Shown here piece by piece: positions 32,255 to 43,100 of a DNA stretch of 64,000 bases. Source of the DNA: Candidatus Eiseniibacteriota bacterium (GTDB lineage Bacteria; Eisenbacteria; RBG-16-71-46); the NCBI GenBank assembly GCA_963725865.1, contig CAVSAC010000012.1, positions 32,001-96,000 of the forward strand, written 5' to 3'. Position numbers and translations under genes: made by a program. How positions within the stretch are numbered: the first letter of the stretch is position 1; every line of letters starts with the position of its first letter. Below the pieces are notes generated by a model that saw only the letters and a list, made by a program, of their open reading frames with translations, did not search any database and was not told the origin of the DNA.

Positions 32255-34747
32255 GTGTCGCATGACCGCCTGTTCCTGACCGACGCCCAGCTGGCCAGCG
32301 AGATCGCGCGCTGCGTGTACTGCGAGGAGAAGCCGTGCATGAAGGCGTGCCCGGCCGACTGCTCGCCGGCCGACTTCATCATGGCCGCCAAGGGCGCCAC
32401 GCCCGCCGACTACGGCCGCGCCGCCAAGCTGATCATGGCCAAGAACCCGCTCGGCGGCGTGTGCGGCGGCGTGTGTCCCGACATCTACTGCCAGGCCGCG
32501 TGCGCGCGCACGCTGTTCGACCGGCCGATCGAGATCCCGATGGTGCAGGCCGCGATCGTGGCGCGCGCCAAGCAGGCCGGCACGCTGCCGGCGCTCGAGG
32601 CGACGCCCGCGAACGGCAAGCGCGTGGTGGTGGTGGGCGCGGGCGCGGCGGGACTCGCGGCGGCCGGCGTGCTGGCGCAGCAGGGCTTCGAGGTCGACCT
32701 GCTCGAGCGTGGTGACCGGCCGGGCGGCGCGGTGCGGCTGATCCCGGAACACCGGCTCGATCCCGCGGTGCTCGACACCGACATCGAGTGGGTGCTCGAC
32801 AATCCGCGCATCCATCTGCACACCGGCCGCACCGTCGCGGACCCCGGCGCGCTGCTCGACCAGGGCTACGCCGGGGTGCTGGTCACCACCGGGCTGCACG
32901 ATCCGATCCGGCTCGGCATCGAGGGCGAGTCGCTCGCGCTGTCCGGCAACGCGTACCTCGCCGATCCCGCGCCCTACGCGGTGAAGGGCCGCGTCGCGGT
33001 GATCGGCGGCGGCGCCATCGCGTGCGACTGCGCGGTTACCGCAGCCCGCCAGGGCGCGGCCGAGGTCGAGATGATCACGCTCGAGCGCGCGGGCGAGATG
33101 CCGCTGTCTCCGCGCGAGCGCGGCGAGCTGCTGGCGCACGCGATCAATCTGGTCGGCCGCACGCGCGTGACCGTGATCCACGGGAGCGCCGGGAAGGTGA
33201 CCGGGCTGAAGCTCGAGCGCGTGACGCTGCCGGCGGGGGAGAAGTTCCATCCGTCGAAGGTCACGCCGCTGCCGGGCTCGACGTACGCGCTCGACGGGAT
33301 CGCGCAGGTGATCGTCGCGATCGGCAACCGCCCGGGGCTCAAGCCCGGCGACCGCGCCGGCGTGTTCGTGGCGGGCGACGCCCCGCACGGGCCGTCGAAC
33401 GTGGTCGAGGCCGCGGCCTCGGGCAAGAACGGCGCGCTCGCGCTGGCGGCATGGGTCGCCCGGCAGGCCGCGCCGTCGTTCCCGAATCCGCGCAAGAGCC
33501 ACGTGCGGCTCGCCGGCAGCCGCGAGCTGCCGGTGCCGCTCGAGGTCGACTTCTTCGGCCGCCGCATCCGCTCGCCGTTCCTGCTCTCGGCCGCGCCGCC
33601 CACCGATGGCTACGAGCCGATGCGCAAGGCGTACGAGGCCGGCTGGGCCGGCGGCGTGATGAAGACGGCGTTCGACGGCGTGGACATCCACATCCCCGCC
33701 GACTACATGCACGTGTTCGAGCGCGAGACGTACGGCAACTGCGACAACGTCTCGGACCACGCGCTCGACCGCGTGTGCCGCGAGATCGAGCGGCTGGTGC
33801 GCGAGTACCCCGACCGCCTCACCGCGGCCTCGACCGGCGGTCCGGTGAGCGGCCACGACGAGGAGGACCGCAAGGTCTGGCAGGGCAACAGTCGCAAGCT
33901 CGAGCGCGCCGGCGCGATGGCGGTGGAGTTCAGCCTCTCGTGCCCGCAGGGCGGCGACGGCACCGAGGGCTCGATCGTCTCGCAGTCGCCCGGCCTCACC
34001 GCGAAGATCGTGGACTGGATCATGCAGACCAGCGACCCGGCGGTGCCGAAGCTGTTCAAGCTCACCGGCATGGTGACCTCGGTCGAGGTCATCGTGAACG
34101 CGGTGAAGCAGGTGCTCGACAAGTACCCCGGCAAGCGGGCGGGCGTGACGCTGGCGAACAGCTTCCCGACCCTGTTCTTCCGTCCGCGCGCGGGTGCCGC
34201 GTGGGACGAGGGCATCCTGGTCGGCATGAGCGGCGCCGGTGTGGCGCCGATCTCGAACCTGACGCTGGCCTCGGTCGCGCGCCTCGGCGTCACCGTGTCG
34301 GGCAACGGCGGCCCGATGGACTACCGCGCCGCCGCGCACTTCCTGGCGCTCGGCGCGCGCAGCGTGCAGTTCTGCACGGTGGCGATGAAGTACGGCGTGC
34401 ACGTGGTGGACGAGCTGCACTCGGGGCTCAGCCACCTGATGGAGGCGCGCGGCCTGCGCTCGGTCGAGGAGCTGATCGGACGCGCGCTGCCGATGCCGAT
34501 CACCGACTTCATGGCGCTGAGCCCCACCAAGCGCATCCCGCGGCTCGCCGAGGAGCTGTGCGTGCACTGCGGCAACTGCACGCGCTGCGCCTACCTCGCG
34601 GTGAGCCTCGATGCCGGCGGCCTCCCGCGCTTCGACGCCTCGCGCTGCGTGGGCTGCAGCCTGTGCGCCCAGAAGTGCTTCACCGGCGCGCTGGCGATGG
34701 GGGACCGCACCGCGGCCGAGGCCGCCGCGCACCCGGCGGGCGCCTAG
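32255..34747 (+). CDS. Dihydropyrimidine dehydrogenase-like PreT-PreA fusion flavoprotein
   Basis: RCVYCEEKPCMKACP, NPLGGVCGGVCP, GAGAAG, FMN barrel (SPFLLSAAPP, SLSCP, KLT, GMSG), C-terminal 2x4Fe-4S. Confidence 0.85.
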   Translation: MSHDRLFLTDAQLASEIARCVYCEEKPCMKACPADCSPADFIMAAKGATPADYGRAAKLIMAKNPLGGVCGGVCPDIYCQAACARTLFDRPIEIPMVQAAIVARAKQAGTLPALEATPANGKRVVVVGAGAAGLAAAGVLAQQGFEVDLLERGDRPGGAVRLIPEHRLDPAVLDTDIEWVLDNPRIHLHTGRTVADPGALLDQGYAGVLVTTGLHDPIRLGIEGESLALSGNAYLADPAPYAVKGRVAVIGGGAIACDCAVTAARQGAAEVEMITLERAGEMPLSPRERGELLAHAINLVGRTRVTVIHGSAGKVTGLKLERVTLPAGEKFHPSKVTPLPGSTYALDGIAQVIVAIGNRPGLKPGDRAGVFVAGDAPHGPSNVVEAAASGKNGALALAAWVARQAAPSFPNPRKSHVRLAGSRELPVPLEVDFFGRRIRSPFLLSAAPPTDGYEPMRKAYEAGWAGGVMKTAFDGVDIHIPADYMHVFERETYGNCDNVSDHALDRVCREIERLVREYPDRLTAASTGGPVSGHDEEDRKVWQGNSRKLERAGAMAVEFSLSCPQGGDGTEGSIVSQSPGLTAKIVDWIMQTSDPAVPKLFKLTGMVTSVEVIVNAVKQVLDKYPGKRAGVTLANSFPTLFFRPRAGAAWDEGILVGMSGAGVAPISNLTLASVARLGVTVSGNGGPMDYRAAAHFLALGARSVQFCTVAMKYGVHVVDELHSGLSHLMEARGLRSVEELIGRALPMPITDFMALSPTKRIPRLAEELCVHCGNCTRCAYLAVSLDAGGLPRFDASRCVGCSLCAQKCFTGALAMGDRTAAEAAAHPAGA

Positions 34748-34960
34748 GTTCGGTCCGCGAACGGCGGCCATTCGCAGGCTGCACCCGACCCGCCAGGGAC
34801 CGCGAGGCCGGGAGGGCAGCACGGATGCGCCGTCGCGGGCGGGCGGCCGCCGGGCCCGCCGGTGCCTGCCCGTGGCGCGCCCCAACCGCGATCGCTCGCC
34901 GCATACAATATGCGAGGGCCCTCGTCCGTCATGGTGGGTGACGGCAGCGATCGGAGGCAC

Positions 34961-35485
34961 GTGGACCGGGATCGGGATCGGGGCGCTGGAGTGGCTGGCG
35001 GAGCAGCGGCGGCGGTCACCGAGCTCTACCGCAACTACCGCGCGCGCCTGCACCAGTACGCGTTGAGCCTGGTGCGCGACCGCGAAGCCGCGGAGGACGC
35101 CGTGCAGGACGCGTTCCTGGGGTGGGTCCGGCAGGTGGCGGCCGGCAAGGCGCCGAGACAACCCGCGTCCTATCTCTACGCCTCGGTGCGCAACCGCTGC
35201 CTGGACCGGCTGCGGCGGCGTCCGGAGATGGCGCTCGATGCGGCGCAGGTCGAGCTGCTCGCCGCCCCCGCCGGCGACGAGGAGCGGATCGGCCTCCGGC
35301 ACGCGCTCAATCGCCTGCTGCTCGCGCTGCCGGAGGAGCAGCGCGAAGTGGTCGTGCTGAGGACCTGGCACGACATGGAGTTCGCGGCGATCGCCGCGCT
35401 CCAGGGAACGCCGGTCAACACGGCGATCGCGCGCTACCACTACGCGCTCGCCAAGCTGAACAAGGAGCTGGAAGCACATGAATGA
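34961..35485 (+). CDS. ECF-family RNA polymerase sigma factor
   Basis: GGAGG then GTG; AEDAVQDAF region 2, LPEEQREVVVL..IA...GTPVNT region 4. Confidence 0.9.
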   Translation: MDRDRDRGAGVAGGAAAAVTELYRNYRARLHQYALSLVRDREAAEDAVQDAFLGWVRQVAAGKAPRQPASYLYASVRNRCLDRLRRRPEMALDAAQVELLAAPAGDEERIGLRHALNRLLLALPEEQREVVVLRTWHDMEFAAIAALQGTPVNTAIARYHYALAKLNKELEAHE

Positions 35486-35714
35486 CGATCGCGTCGAGCG
35501 CCTGCTGCGCGGCTACGGGCTTCCGGAGGCGCCGCGCGCACTCGATCAGCGCGTGCTCGCGCAGGCGGAGCGGATCCTCGCCGGGGCGCGGACGCGGGCG
35601 GCCGTGGCCGGCATCGCGCGCGACTTCGGGAATGCCTTCGGCTTCGGCTACGTCAGCTACGTCGTCGATCTCGTCACCGCAACCGACGCGGAGTACCGCG
35701 TCGATCTCATCTGA
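35478..35714 (+). CDS. Small hypothetical protein, candidate anti-sigma factor
   Basis: Overlaps the sigma stop; N-terminal VERLLR..PEAPRALDQRVL resembles anti-sigma N-termini; typical codon usage. Confidence 0.55.
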   Translation: MNDDRVERLLRGYGLPEAPRALDQRVLAQAERILAGARTRAAVAGIARDFGNAFGFGYVSYVVDLVTATDAEYRVDLI

Positions 35715-35728
35715 GAGGAGCGTTCACC

Positions 35729-36046
35729 ATGAGCACCTATGAGGAGAGACGCGAAAACCGGCGCCGCTTCCTTCGCCGAAACCTGTTCTGGATCGCGCCG
35801 CTCGGCGTGATCGCGGCGGGCGGCCTGTTCATCGGCGTCGGCTTCCTGGTCGCGTGGCTGTGGCGCGTGACCCTGGGTGACATCTTCGGCGTCAAGCCGA
35901 TCAGCTTCTGGCAGGCGTGGGGGCTGATCCTGCTGTCCCAGATCCTGTTCAAGGCCAACGTGCAGCCGACCACACGTACCGGGCGCTGGCGGCGCGGCGT
36001 CCCGGAGTGCGGATCCGCTCCCGAGATGGAAGGGCAGAGCACGTGA
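35729..36046 (+). CDS. Small membrane protein
   Basis: GAGGAG RBS; two hydrophobic segments; WLW..IFG..PISFWQAWGLILLSQILF. Confidence 0.75.
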   Translation: MSTYEERRENRRRFLRRNLFWIAPLGVIAAGGLFIGVGFLVAWLWRVTLGDIFGVKPISFWQAWGLILLSQILFKANVQPTTRTGRWRRGVPECGSAPEMEGQST

Positions 36047-36558
36047 GCTCGATCAGGCGAGAGGCGAGAGTCGCGGGGCTCCTGTATCTGTTCGGCGGGA
36101 TCACCGCCCCGTTCGGCATCCTCTACGTCCCCCGCACGCTGGTCGTACCGGGAGACGCAACGGCGACGGCCGATCGCGTGCGGGTTTCCGAGACCCTGCT
36201 CCGCATGGGCGTCGCGAGCGAGCTGCTCGTCGCGACCCTGTTCATCTTCGTGGCGCTGGCGCTCTACCGCCTGCTCAAGCGGGTCGACGAGCATCACGCG
36301 CTGGCGATGCTGTTTCCGTTCGGGATGCTCGTCATCCGATCGGGCTTCATCCCCCGCGTCCTGGGGGTCTTCCTGATCATCGCGGGTTCCGCGTACCTGG
36401 TCAGTTCGATCGCCGCGCTGTGCCTGCCCCAGTACGCGCGTGCCGTCTCCCAATGGGCGACGCCGCTCGTGATCGGAGAACTGCCGATCGTGATCTGGTT
36501 CCTGTTCTGGGGTGCGAAGGAACAACGAGCCCACGCGCTCTTCCCGGTGATCCCATGA
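36043..36558 (+). CDS. DUF4386-family membrane protein, internally shortened
   Basis: ARVAGLLYL, LVVPGDATAT, RSGFIPRVLG; lacks about 64 aa present in the downstream paralog. Confidence 0.7.
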   Translation: MSSIRREARVAGLLYLFGGITAPFGILYVPRTLVVPGDATATADRVRVSETLLRMGVASELLVATLFIFVALALYRLLKRVDEHHALAMLFPFGMLVIRSGFIPRVLGVFLIIAGSAYLVSSIAALCLPQYARAVSQWATPLVIGELPIVIWFLFWGAKEQRAHALFPVIP

Positions 36559-37271
36559 AGCCGTCGCCGCGGGTCACCGCGAGACGTGCCGGGGCGCTGT
36601 ACGTGATCAGCACCGTGCCGGCCGGATTCTCCGTGTTCGTTCTCTCGAAGCTGGTCGTGCGCGGCGATCCCGCGGCGACCGCCGTCAGCATCCTGGGTTC
36701 GGAAGGGTTGTTCCGCCTCGGATTCGTCGCAGATCTGGTCGGCATCACGTTCGTGGTCGGTTCGCTGGTCTTCCTCTACGAACTGTTCAAGCCGGTGAGC
36801 AGGAGCCTGGCGCTGCTCATGGTGCTGCTCTGCCTGCTCGGTTCCGGCATCCAGGCCCTGAACTCCATTCAGGACCTCGCCGCTCTGACCTTGCTGAAGG
36901 GCGGGAGCAGCCTGGCCGCGTTGGGCACCGCCCAGTCGCAGGCGCTGGCGTACGTGTTCCTCAGGCTTCACTCGCTCACCTACGACCTCGCATTGGTGTT
37001 CTTCGGAGTGTTCGCCATCACCGTCGGGTGCCTCGTACTCAGGTCCACGTTCCTCCCTCGTATCCTGGGCGTGCTGATGGTGCTCGACGGTCTGGGCTAC
37101 CTCACCTTCAGCTTCGCGATGTTCCTTTCGCCTCCGCTGGCCGCCCGTATCTACCCCTACGTCCCGCTCGTGACCGCGCTCCTCGGGGAGATTGCGCTGA
37201 TGCTGTGGCTCGTCGTGAAGGGCGTGAACGCGACGCGATGGGAGGAGCAGGCGGCCGCAGGGGTCGCCTGA
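36555..37271 (+). CDS. DUF4386-family membrane protein
   Basis: ARRAGALY, LVVRGDPAATA, RSTFLPRILG, GE..LMLWLVVKG. Confidence 0.8.
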   Translation: MKPSPRVTARRAGALYVISTVPAGFSVFVLSKLVVRGDPAATAVSILGSEGLFRLGFVADLVGITFVVGSLVFLYELFKPVSRSLALLMVLLCLLGSGIQALNSIQDLAALTLLKGGSSLAALGTAQSQALAYVFLRLHSLTYDLALVFFGVFAITVGCLVLRSTFLPRILGVLMVLDGLGYLTFSFAMFLSPPLAARIYPYVPLVTALLGEIALMLWLVVKGVNATRWEEQAAAGVA

Positions 37272-37368
37272 CTCACGCCACCGGGATGACGACGTGGCCT
37301 CGAGGCCTGGCGCTCGATATGGGGGCTCGGAGTCGGCGATACCGGTGCACTTGAGGTAGATTCCCCCG

Positions 37369-40008
37369 ATGCTCCTGGCTCCCGGCACCCGCCTCGGCCC
37401 TTTCGAGATCGTTGCGCCGCTTGGCGCAGGCGGCATGGGCGAGGTGTATCGCGCCCGCGACACACGGCTCGGGCGCGACGTGGCGATCAAGGCGCTGCCC
37501 TCCGCGTTCTCACTGGACCCCGACCGGCTGGCACGGTTCGAACGCGAAGCGAAGCTGCTCGCGTCGCTCTCGCACCCCAACGTCGCCGGGATCCACGGGC
37601 TCGAAGAGGTCGCCGGCGCGCGCTACCTGGTGCTCGAGTTCGTCGAGGGCGAGACCCTTGCGGCGCGCCTCGCCCGGGGTGCGCTTCCCATCGACGAGGC
37701 GAGCGAGGTCTGCCGGCAGATCGCGGCGGGGGTCGAAGCCGCCCACGAGAGTGGCGTGGTCCACCGCGACCTCAAGCCGGGCAACGTCATGCTCACGGCG
37801 TCCGGGGCGGTGAAGGTGCTCGACTTTGGGCTCGCGAAAGGCGGCGCCGCGAGCGCGTCGAGTTCGAACGTCGACCTTTCGGCATCGCCCACCCTGACCT
37901 ACGCCGCGACGAGCGCAGGCGTGATCCTGGGCACCGCCGCCTACATGAGCCCCGAGCAGGCGCGGGGGAAGGCGGTGGACCGACGCACGGACGTGTGGTC
38001 GTTCGGCTGCGTGCTCTACGAGTGCCTGACCGGGCGCCCGGCGTACGAAGGCGAGACGGTGTCGGACCTGATCGCGCGCATCCTGGAACGCGAGCCCGAT
38101 TGGAGCGCGCTGCCGCCCACGACCCCGCCGCGCGTCGCCGAGCTGCTTCGCCGATGTCTCACCAAGGATGTTTCGCTCCGCCTCCGCGACATCGGCGAGG
38201 CGCGCATCGCCCTCGGTGCGCCGAGTGCTGCCGCCGGCGCGGGGGCAAGGGACACCCCGGCGGGCCGGCGAACCGCTCCCCGCTGGATGGCGCCAGCCAT
38301 CGCGGTCGTGCTCGCCGTTGCCGCGACGTCGGCCGTACTGCTCCTGACCCGGCCCGCGCATCCGCACGGCCCGGTGCGACGTTTTCGCGTCCCGGTGGAC
38401 GGGCTGACGACCACGTTCTTCACGCCGCTCGCACTCACTCGTGACGGGCGTCAGATCGCGTACGAAGCGAACGACCGCATCTGGGTCCGCCACATGGATC
38501 AACTCGACGCGCTCGAGGTCCCCGGCTCCAGGGGCGGTCGCTCGCCCTTCTGGTCATGGGACCAGAGGACGCTCGGGTTCGCGGCCAACAAGAAGCTCTG
38601 GACGTTCACGCTCGGCGCGGAGCAGAGCAATGAGATCGGCGACATTCCCGAGAGCGGCGAGATCCTGGGCGGTGCCTGGGGCCCGGATGCGCGCATCGTG
38701 CTGGCGGTATGGCGCGGTGGACTCTACGAGCTCCCCGCCTCGGGCGGCGGCATTCGTACGATCATGATGCCGGACAGTTCCACGGTCGATTTCCACGGCC
38801 CGAGCTATCTCCCCGACGGCCGCACGCTCCTGCTGTTCGTACACGACAAGGCCGGCAGGAACGCCGTGGCAACCCTGGAAGGATCGCCGCCGCGACTGAA
38901 GCGCGTCTTCGAGGACTCGAGGACGGGCACGGCGAGCTACTCGCCGACCGGGCACCTGCTCCTCACGCTGGAGGAGGGCGACCACCGAAGCCGAACGTGG
39001 GCCGTCCCGTTCTCGGCGGCCGAGCGGAAGGTGACGGGACCCGCGTTCCCGGTTCTCGACGGCGCCGCATACGCGAGCGGCGCTTCCGATGGCGTGCTGG
39101 TCGCGGCAGAAGATGAGCCACCACCACAGGGCCAGCTGGTCTGGAAGCGTCGGGACGGCAGCGGGGAAGCAGCCATCGGGGAACCGCAGCAGGGCGTGAG
39201 CTCGCCCGCGCTCTCTCCGGACGGCGGACGCGTCGCCTTCGTCGCCGTTCAGGACGCGAATGCCGACATCTGGGTGCAGGACCTGGCGCGAGGCACGCGA
39301 ACCCGGCTCACCTCCAGCCCGACGTGGGAGGGGAATCCCGCGTGGTCGCCGAATGGAAGCCACATCTACTACAGCTCGATCGAACGCGCCGGTTCCGTCC
39401 ACATCGTGGCCGTCGCCAGCGATGGGAGCGGGTCTTCCGACACGATCTCCCGCGGCTTCCAGGCCTCCCCGAGTCCGGACGGCAAGAGCCTCGCATGTAC
39501 GGTCGATCGGCGAGGCAACGCCGATCTCTGGATCGTCCGGTTGGATCGCGGGAATGCCATGCAGCCTTTTCTCGAGACGTCGAACAACGAAACGGCCCCG
39601 TCGATCTCTCCCGACGGTCGTTGGATCGCGTACACGTCCGACGAATCCGGAACCAACGAGATCTACATTCGCCGGTATCCCGAAGGCGATGCGCGAGCGC
39701 AGGTCTCGGTCGGTGGCGGCAGTTGGCCCCGCTGGACGCGCCGCGGCGACGCGATCTACTACGTGCACCGCGACACGGTCACCACGGTGTCCGTCGGACC
39801 CGGCCCACGCCCCGCTCTGGGCCTGCCCCGGGCATTCTTCACCTCCCCCGCGCAGGAGCTCGAGCTGAGCGCGAGGGAGTTCGCAGGCTTCCCGCTCGAC
39901 GCTCACCCCGACGGCGCTCGCTTCATCGGCGTGCGGCGGACCGGAGCGCCCGCGAGCAGGGCGATGCTCTTCGTCGAGAACTGGCTGGAGGAGTTCCGCA
40001 AGCGGTGA
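37369..40008 (+). CDS. Hanks-type Ser/Thr protein kinase with TM helix and TolB-like (PD40) propeller
   Basis: LGAGGMGEVY, VAIK, HRDLKPGN, DFG, YMSPEQ; repeated SPDG motifs in the C-terminal part. Confidence 0.95.
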   Translation: MLLAPGTRLGPFEIVAPLGAGGMGEVYRARDTRLGRDVAIKALPSAFSLDPDRLARFEREAKLLASLSHPNVAGIHGLEEVAGARYLVLEFVEGETLAARLARGALPIDEASEVCRQIAAGVEAAHESGVVHRDLKPGNVMLTASGAVKVLDFGLAKGGAASASSSNVDLSASPTLTYAATSAGVILGTAAYMSPEQARGKAVDRRTDVWSFGCVLYECLTGRPAYEGETVSDLIARILEREPDWSALPPTTPPRVAELLRRCLTKDVSLRLRDIGEARIALGAPSAAAGAGARDTPAGRRTAPRWMAPAIAVVLAVAATSAVLLLTRPAHPHGPVRRFRVPVDGLTTTFFTPLALTRDGRQIAYEANDRIWVRHMDQLDALEVPGSRGGRSPFWSWDQRTLGFAANKKLWTFTLGAEQSNEIGDIPESGEILGGAWGPDARIVLAVWRGGLYELPASGGGIRTIMMPDSSTVDFHGPSYLPDGRTLLLFVHDKAGRNAVATLEGSPPRLKRVFEDSRTGTASYSPTGHLLLTLEEGDHRSRTWAVPFSAAERKVTGPAFPVLDGAAYASGASDGVLVAAEDEPPPQGQLVWKRRDGSGEAAIGEPQQGVSSPALSPDGGRVAFVAVQDANADIWVQDLARGTRTRLTSSPTWEGNPAWSPNGSHIYYSSIERAGSVHIVAVASDGSGSSDTISRGFQASPSPDGKSLACTVDRRGNADLWIVRLDRGNAMQPFLETSNNETAPSISPDGRWIAYTSDESGTNEIYIRRYPEGDARAQVSVGGGSWPRWTRRGDAIYYVHRDTVTTVSVGPGPRPALGLPRAFFTSPAQELELSAREFAGFPLDAHPDGARFIGVRRTGAPASRAMLFVENWLEEFRKR

Positions 40009-40195
40009 TTTGGCCCGCTCGGCCCAGCCGCGGCCGATGGGTCGCGGCGCTATGGCGCGTGACTCCGATCGATCCCGGCCGCCCCCGCCGAAACCCTGTG
40101 ATTCCAGCGCCGAGTCGGACTCCGTCTTCCCGAGGGCCATCCCGGGGGTGGTTCCGCGCACCGCGCACCGCACTGCACGATCCCCAGGAGGCACC

Positions 40196-43100
40196 ATGGT
40201 TGCCGCTGCCCGCACGTCCCGTCGCTCCCGCGGGGCGCTCGCGCTCCTCGCCCTCGCCCTGGCCCTCGCGACGTCCGCATGGGGCGCCGGCCTGCCGGAT
40301 CTCATCCCCTCCGGGATCCCGGCGTCCGCGCGCCCCGGCGGCACGTCGCTGCCCGACCTCGGCTCGGCCACCCGCCTGATCGATGGGTTGCTCACCGCTC
40401 CGGCCGCGGATCGCCTCGCGCGGCCCGCGCAGGTGAGCGGGACGGCCGACTGGTCGACCGAATCCAACCTCGCCAACCGCAAGCTGGGAATGGCGGTCAC
40501 TCCGGCCGGCGACGTGAACGGCGACGGCTTCAGCGACTTCGTGGCGCTCGGCGACGTGAACAGCTTCCACACCGCGCTCTACCTCTACCTGGGCTCGGCG
40601 ACCGGCGCGACGCTGGCGCCCGGCTATCCCGCGATCGACCTGCCGCCGGGCGCGCAGGTGAGCGCGGCGGGGGACGTGAACGGGAATGGGCTCGCGGACA
40701 TCGTCCTCTACTGGGCCGACACCGGGACCGCTCGGGTGTATTTCGGAACGTCGGGCGGCCTCGACCTCGTGAGCTTCAACCAGCTCAGCGGGCACTTCGG
40801 CACCAACGTCTTCGGATTCAACGCCGCCCCGGCCGGTGACGTGAACGGCGACGGCTTCGACGACCTGATCTTCGGGATGCCGTTCCAGTCCGGCTTCTCC
40901 CCGTGCTCGCCCTCGCCGGGCAGCGGCGTGGTGGAGGTGCTCTACGGCAGCCTGAGCGGCGTGAGCGCGACGAACAACTGGTACGTCGAGGGCTGCCTCG
41001 CGACCAGCGCGAACGCCGGACTCGGCACCTCGGTCGCCGGCGCGGGCGACGTGAACGGCGACGGCTTCGACGACATCGTGATCGGGGCGCCGGGCGCGGA
41101 CCCGACCTTCTCGGGCAGCGTGGTGGGGATCGCGTACGTCATGTACGGATCCAGCTCCGGGTTCCCGACCATCAATGGCTTCCCGCACCTGGGCACCGTG
41201 ACCAGCGGCACCGCCATCGCGGGCCATCACCTGTTCGCGGAATTCGGCAACGCGGTCTCGCCCATGGGCGATCTCAACGGCGATGGCTACGCCGACATCG
41301 CCATCGGCGCTCCGTCCGACGACAACTACGGCACCGATGGCGGCATGGCGTTCGTGTTCCGCGGCTCGGCCGCGGGGATCGACACCGCCACCGCCGACCT
41401 GCTGTGGTCGGAGGCGGGCGGCCTCCCGAGCCTGCGTTTCGGCCAGTCGCTCACCCCCGCGGGCGACGTCAACGGCGACGGGCGCGGCGACCTGCTGATC
41501 GCGATGTCGTCTGGCGTCGGCGCTCGGCCAGAGCACGGGCAGCACGCTCATCATCTCGCAGGTCCTCGGCTATCCGCCGAATGCCCACTCGACGGTGACC
41601 GCGGGCGACGTGACCGGCGACGGACTCAGCGACGTGCTGGTGGGCGATCCGTTCTACGCCAATGGCGAGTCCGCCGAAGGCCGCGTACTGGTCCACTACG
41701 GAACCGGCTCGCCGCCCTCGTACTCCGCGAACTGGAGCGCGACGCAGACCGCGATCGAGAACCCGAACTTCGGCTGGTCGGTCGCCTCGGCCGGCGACGT
41801 CAATGCCGACGGCTACGACGACGTGCTGGTGGGCGAGCCCACCTGGTACAACTTCACGTCGCCGGGCGACGTGAACAACGGGCTCATCCAGCTCTTCCTC
41901 GGCAGCGCGACCGGGCTGGCGACCACTTCGGCCTGGTATACCTGGGGCGCCTCCGGCGATCAGCTCGGGGTCTCCGTCGCTTCGGCCGGCGACGTCAACG
42001 GCGACGGCTACGCCGACATCCTCGCGGGCGCCCACTTCGCCGCGGGCGGTTTCGGGCAAGCGCAGCTCTGGTACGGCGGCCCCGGCGGCCCCGCGAGCTT
42101 CGCGCCGAACGTGACCATCACCGGCTTCAGCGCCGGCAGCCAGTTCGGCGCGTCGGTCGCCGCGGCCGGCGACGTGGACGGCGACGGCTATCCCGACGTG
42201 ATCGTGGGCGCCCCGCTGGGCGTGGATCCCACGACTCCGCGTTCGGGCGAGGGTCGCGCGTACATCTTCCGCGGCGGATCCGGCGGACTCAGCACCACGC
42301 CGCTCTGGTCGCGCAGCGGTGGGCAGATCGACGCGCACCTCGGCACGTCGGTGGCGAGCGCGGGCGACGCCAACGGCGACAGCTACGCCGACGCGATCGT
42401 GGGCATGCCCGACTACGACGCGACCGACAAGCTCGGCAACGTCTACCCCGATGCCGGCCGCGCGCTGGTGGAATACGGCGCGAGCACCGGCATGTCGGGC
42501 GAGGGCACGCTCACCGTGCTCGCGTCCTGGCGCCTCGGCGCCTCGGTGGCGGGGGCCGGCGACGTCAACGGCGACGGAGTCAGCGACGTGATCGTGGGCG
42601 CACCGAATGCGACCAACACGATCGCGGGCGAGGGCGCCGCGCGCGTGTACACCGGAGGCACGAACCGCTCGCTGACCACGCTGTGGACCCAGTTCGGCGG
42701 CGAGGCGTTCGGCGGCTTCGGCTCGGCGGTCTCCTCGGCCGGCGACACCGATGGCGACGGCCTCAGCGACGTGCTGGTGGGGGCGGTGTTCCAGGACGCG
42801 GGCGGCGCGCACGACCAGGGCGCCGCGTACGTGTTCCGCGGCCCGCTGCCGGCCGGCGCGGCGGCATTCTGGACCGCGACCGGCGGCTCGCCGCTCGCGA
42901 ACATGGGCCACTCGCTCGCCAACGCGGGCGACGTGAACGGCGACGGCTGGAGCGACCTGATGTTCGGCGAGCCCGGTTACACCAACACCGTCACGCGCCA
43001 GGGCTTCTGCCAGGTGCGCTACGGCTCGCAGGGAACGGCACTCTTCCAGCTCGGGCTCGGGTACCACATCACGGCGCCCGGGCACCTGCTCCAGGCAGGC

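Noticed and set aside
34961..34985. Short gatcgg tandem at the sigma factor start
   Set aside because: Only 2-3 units encoding DRDRDR; too short to suggest phase variation
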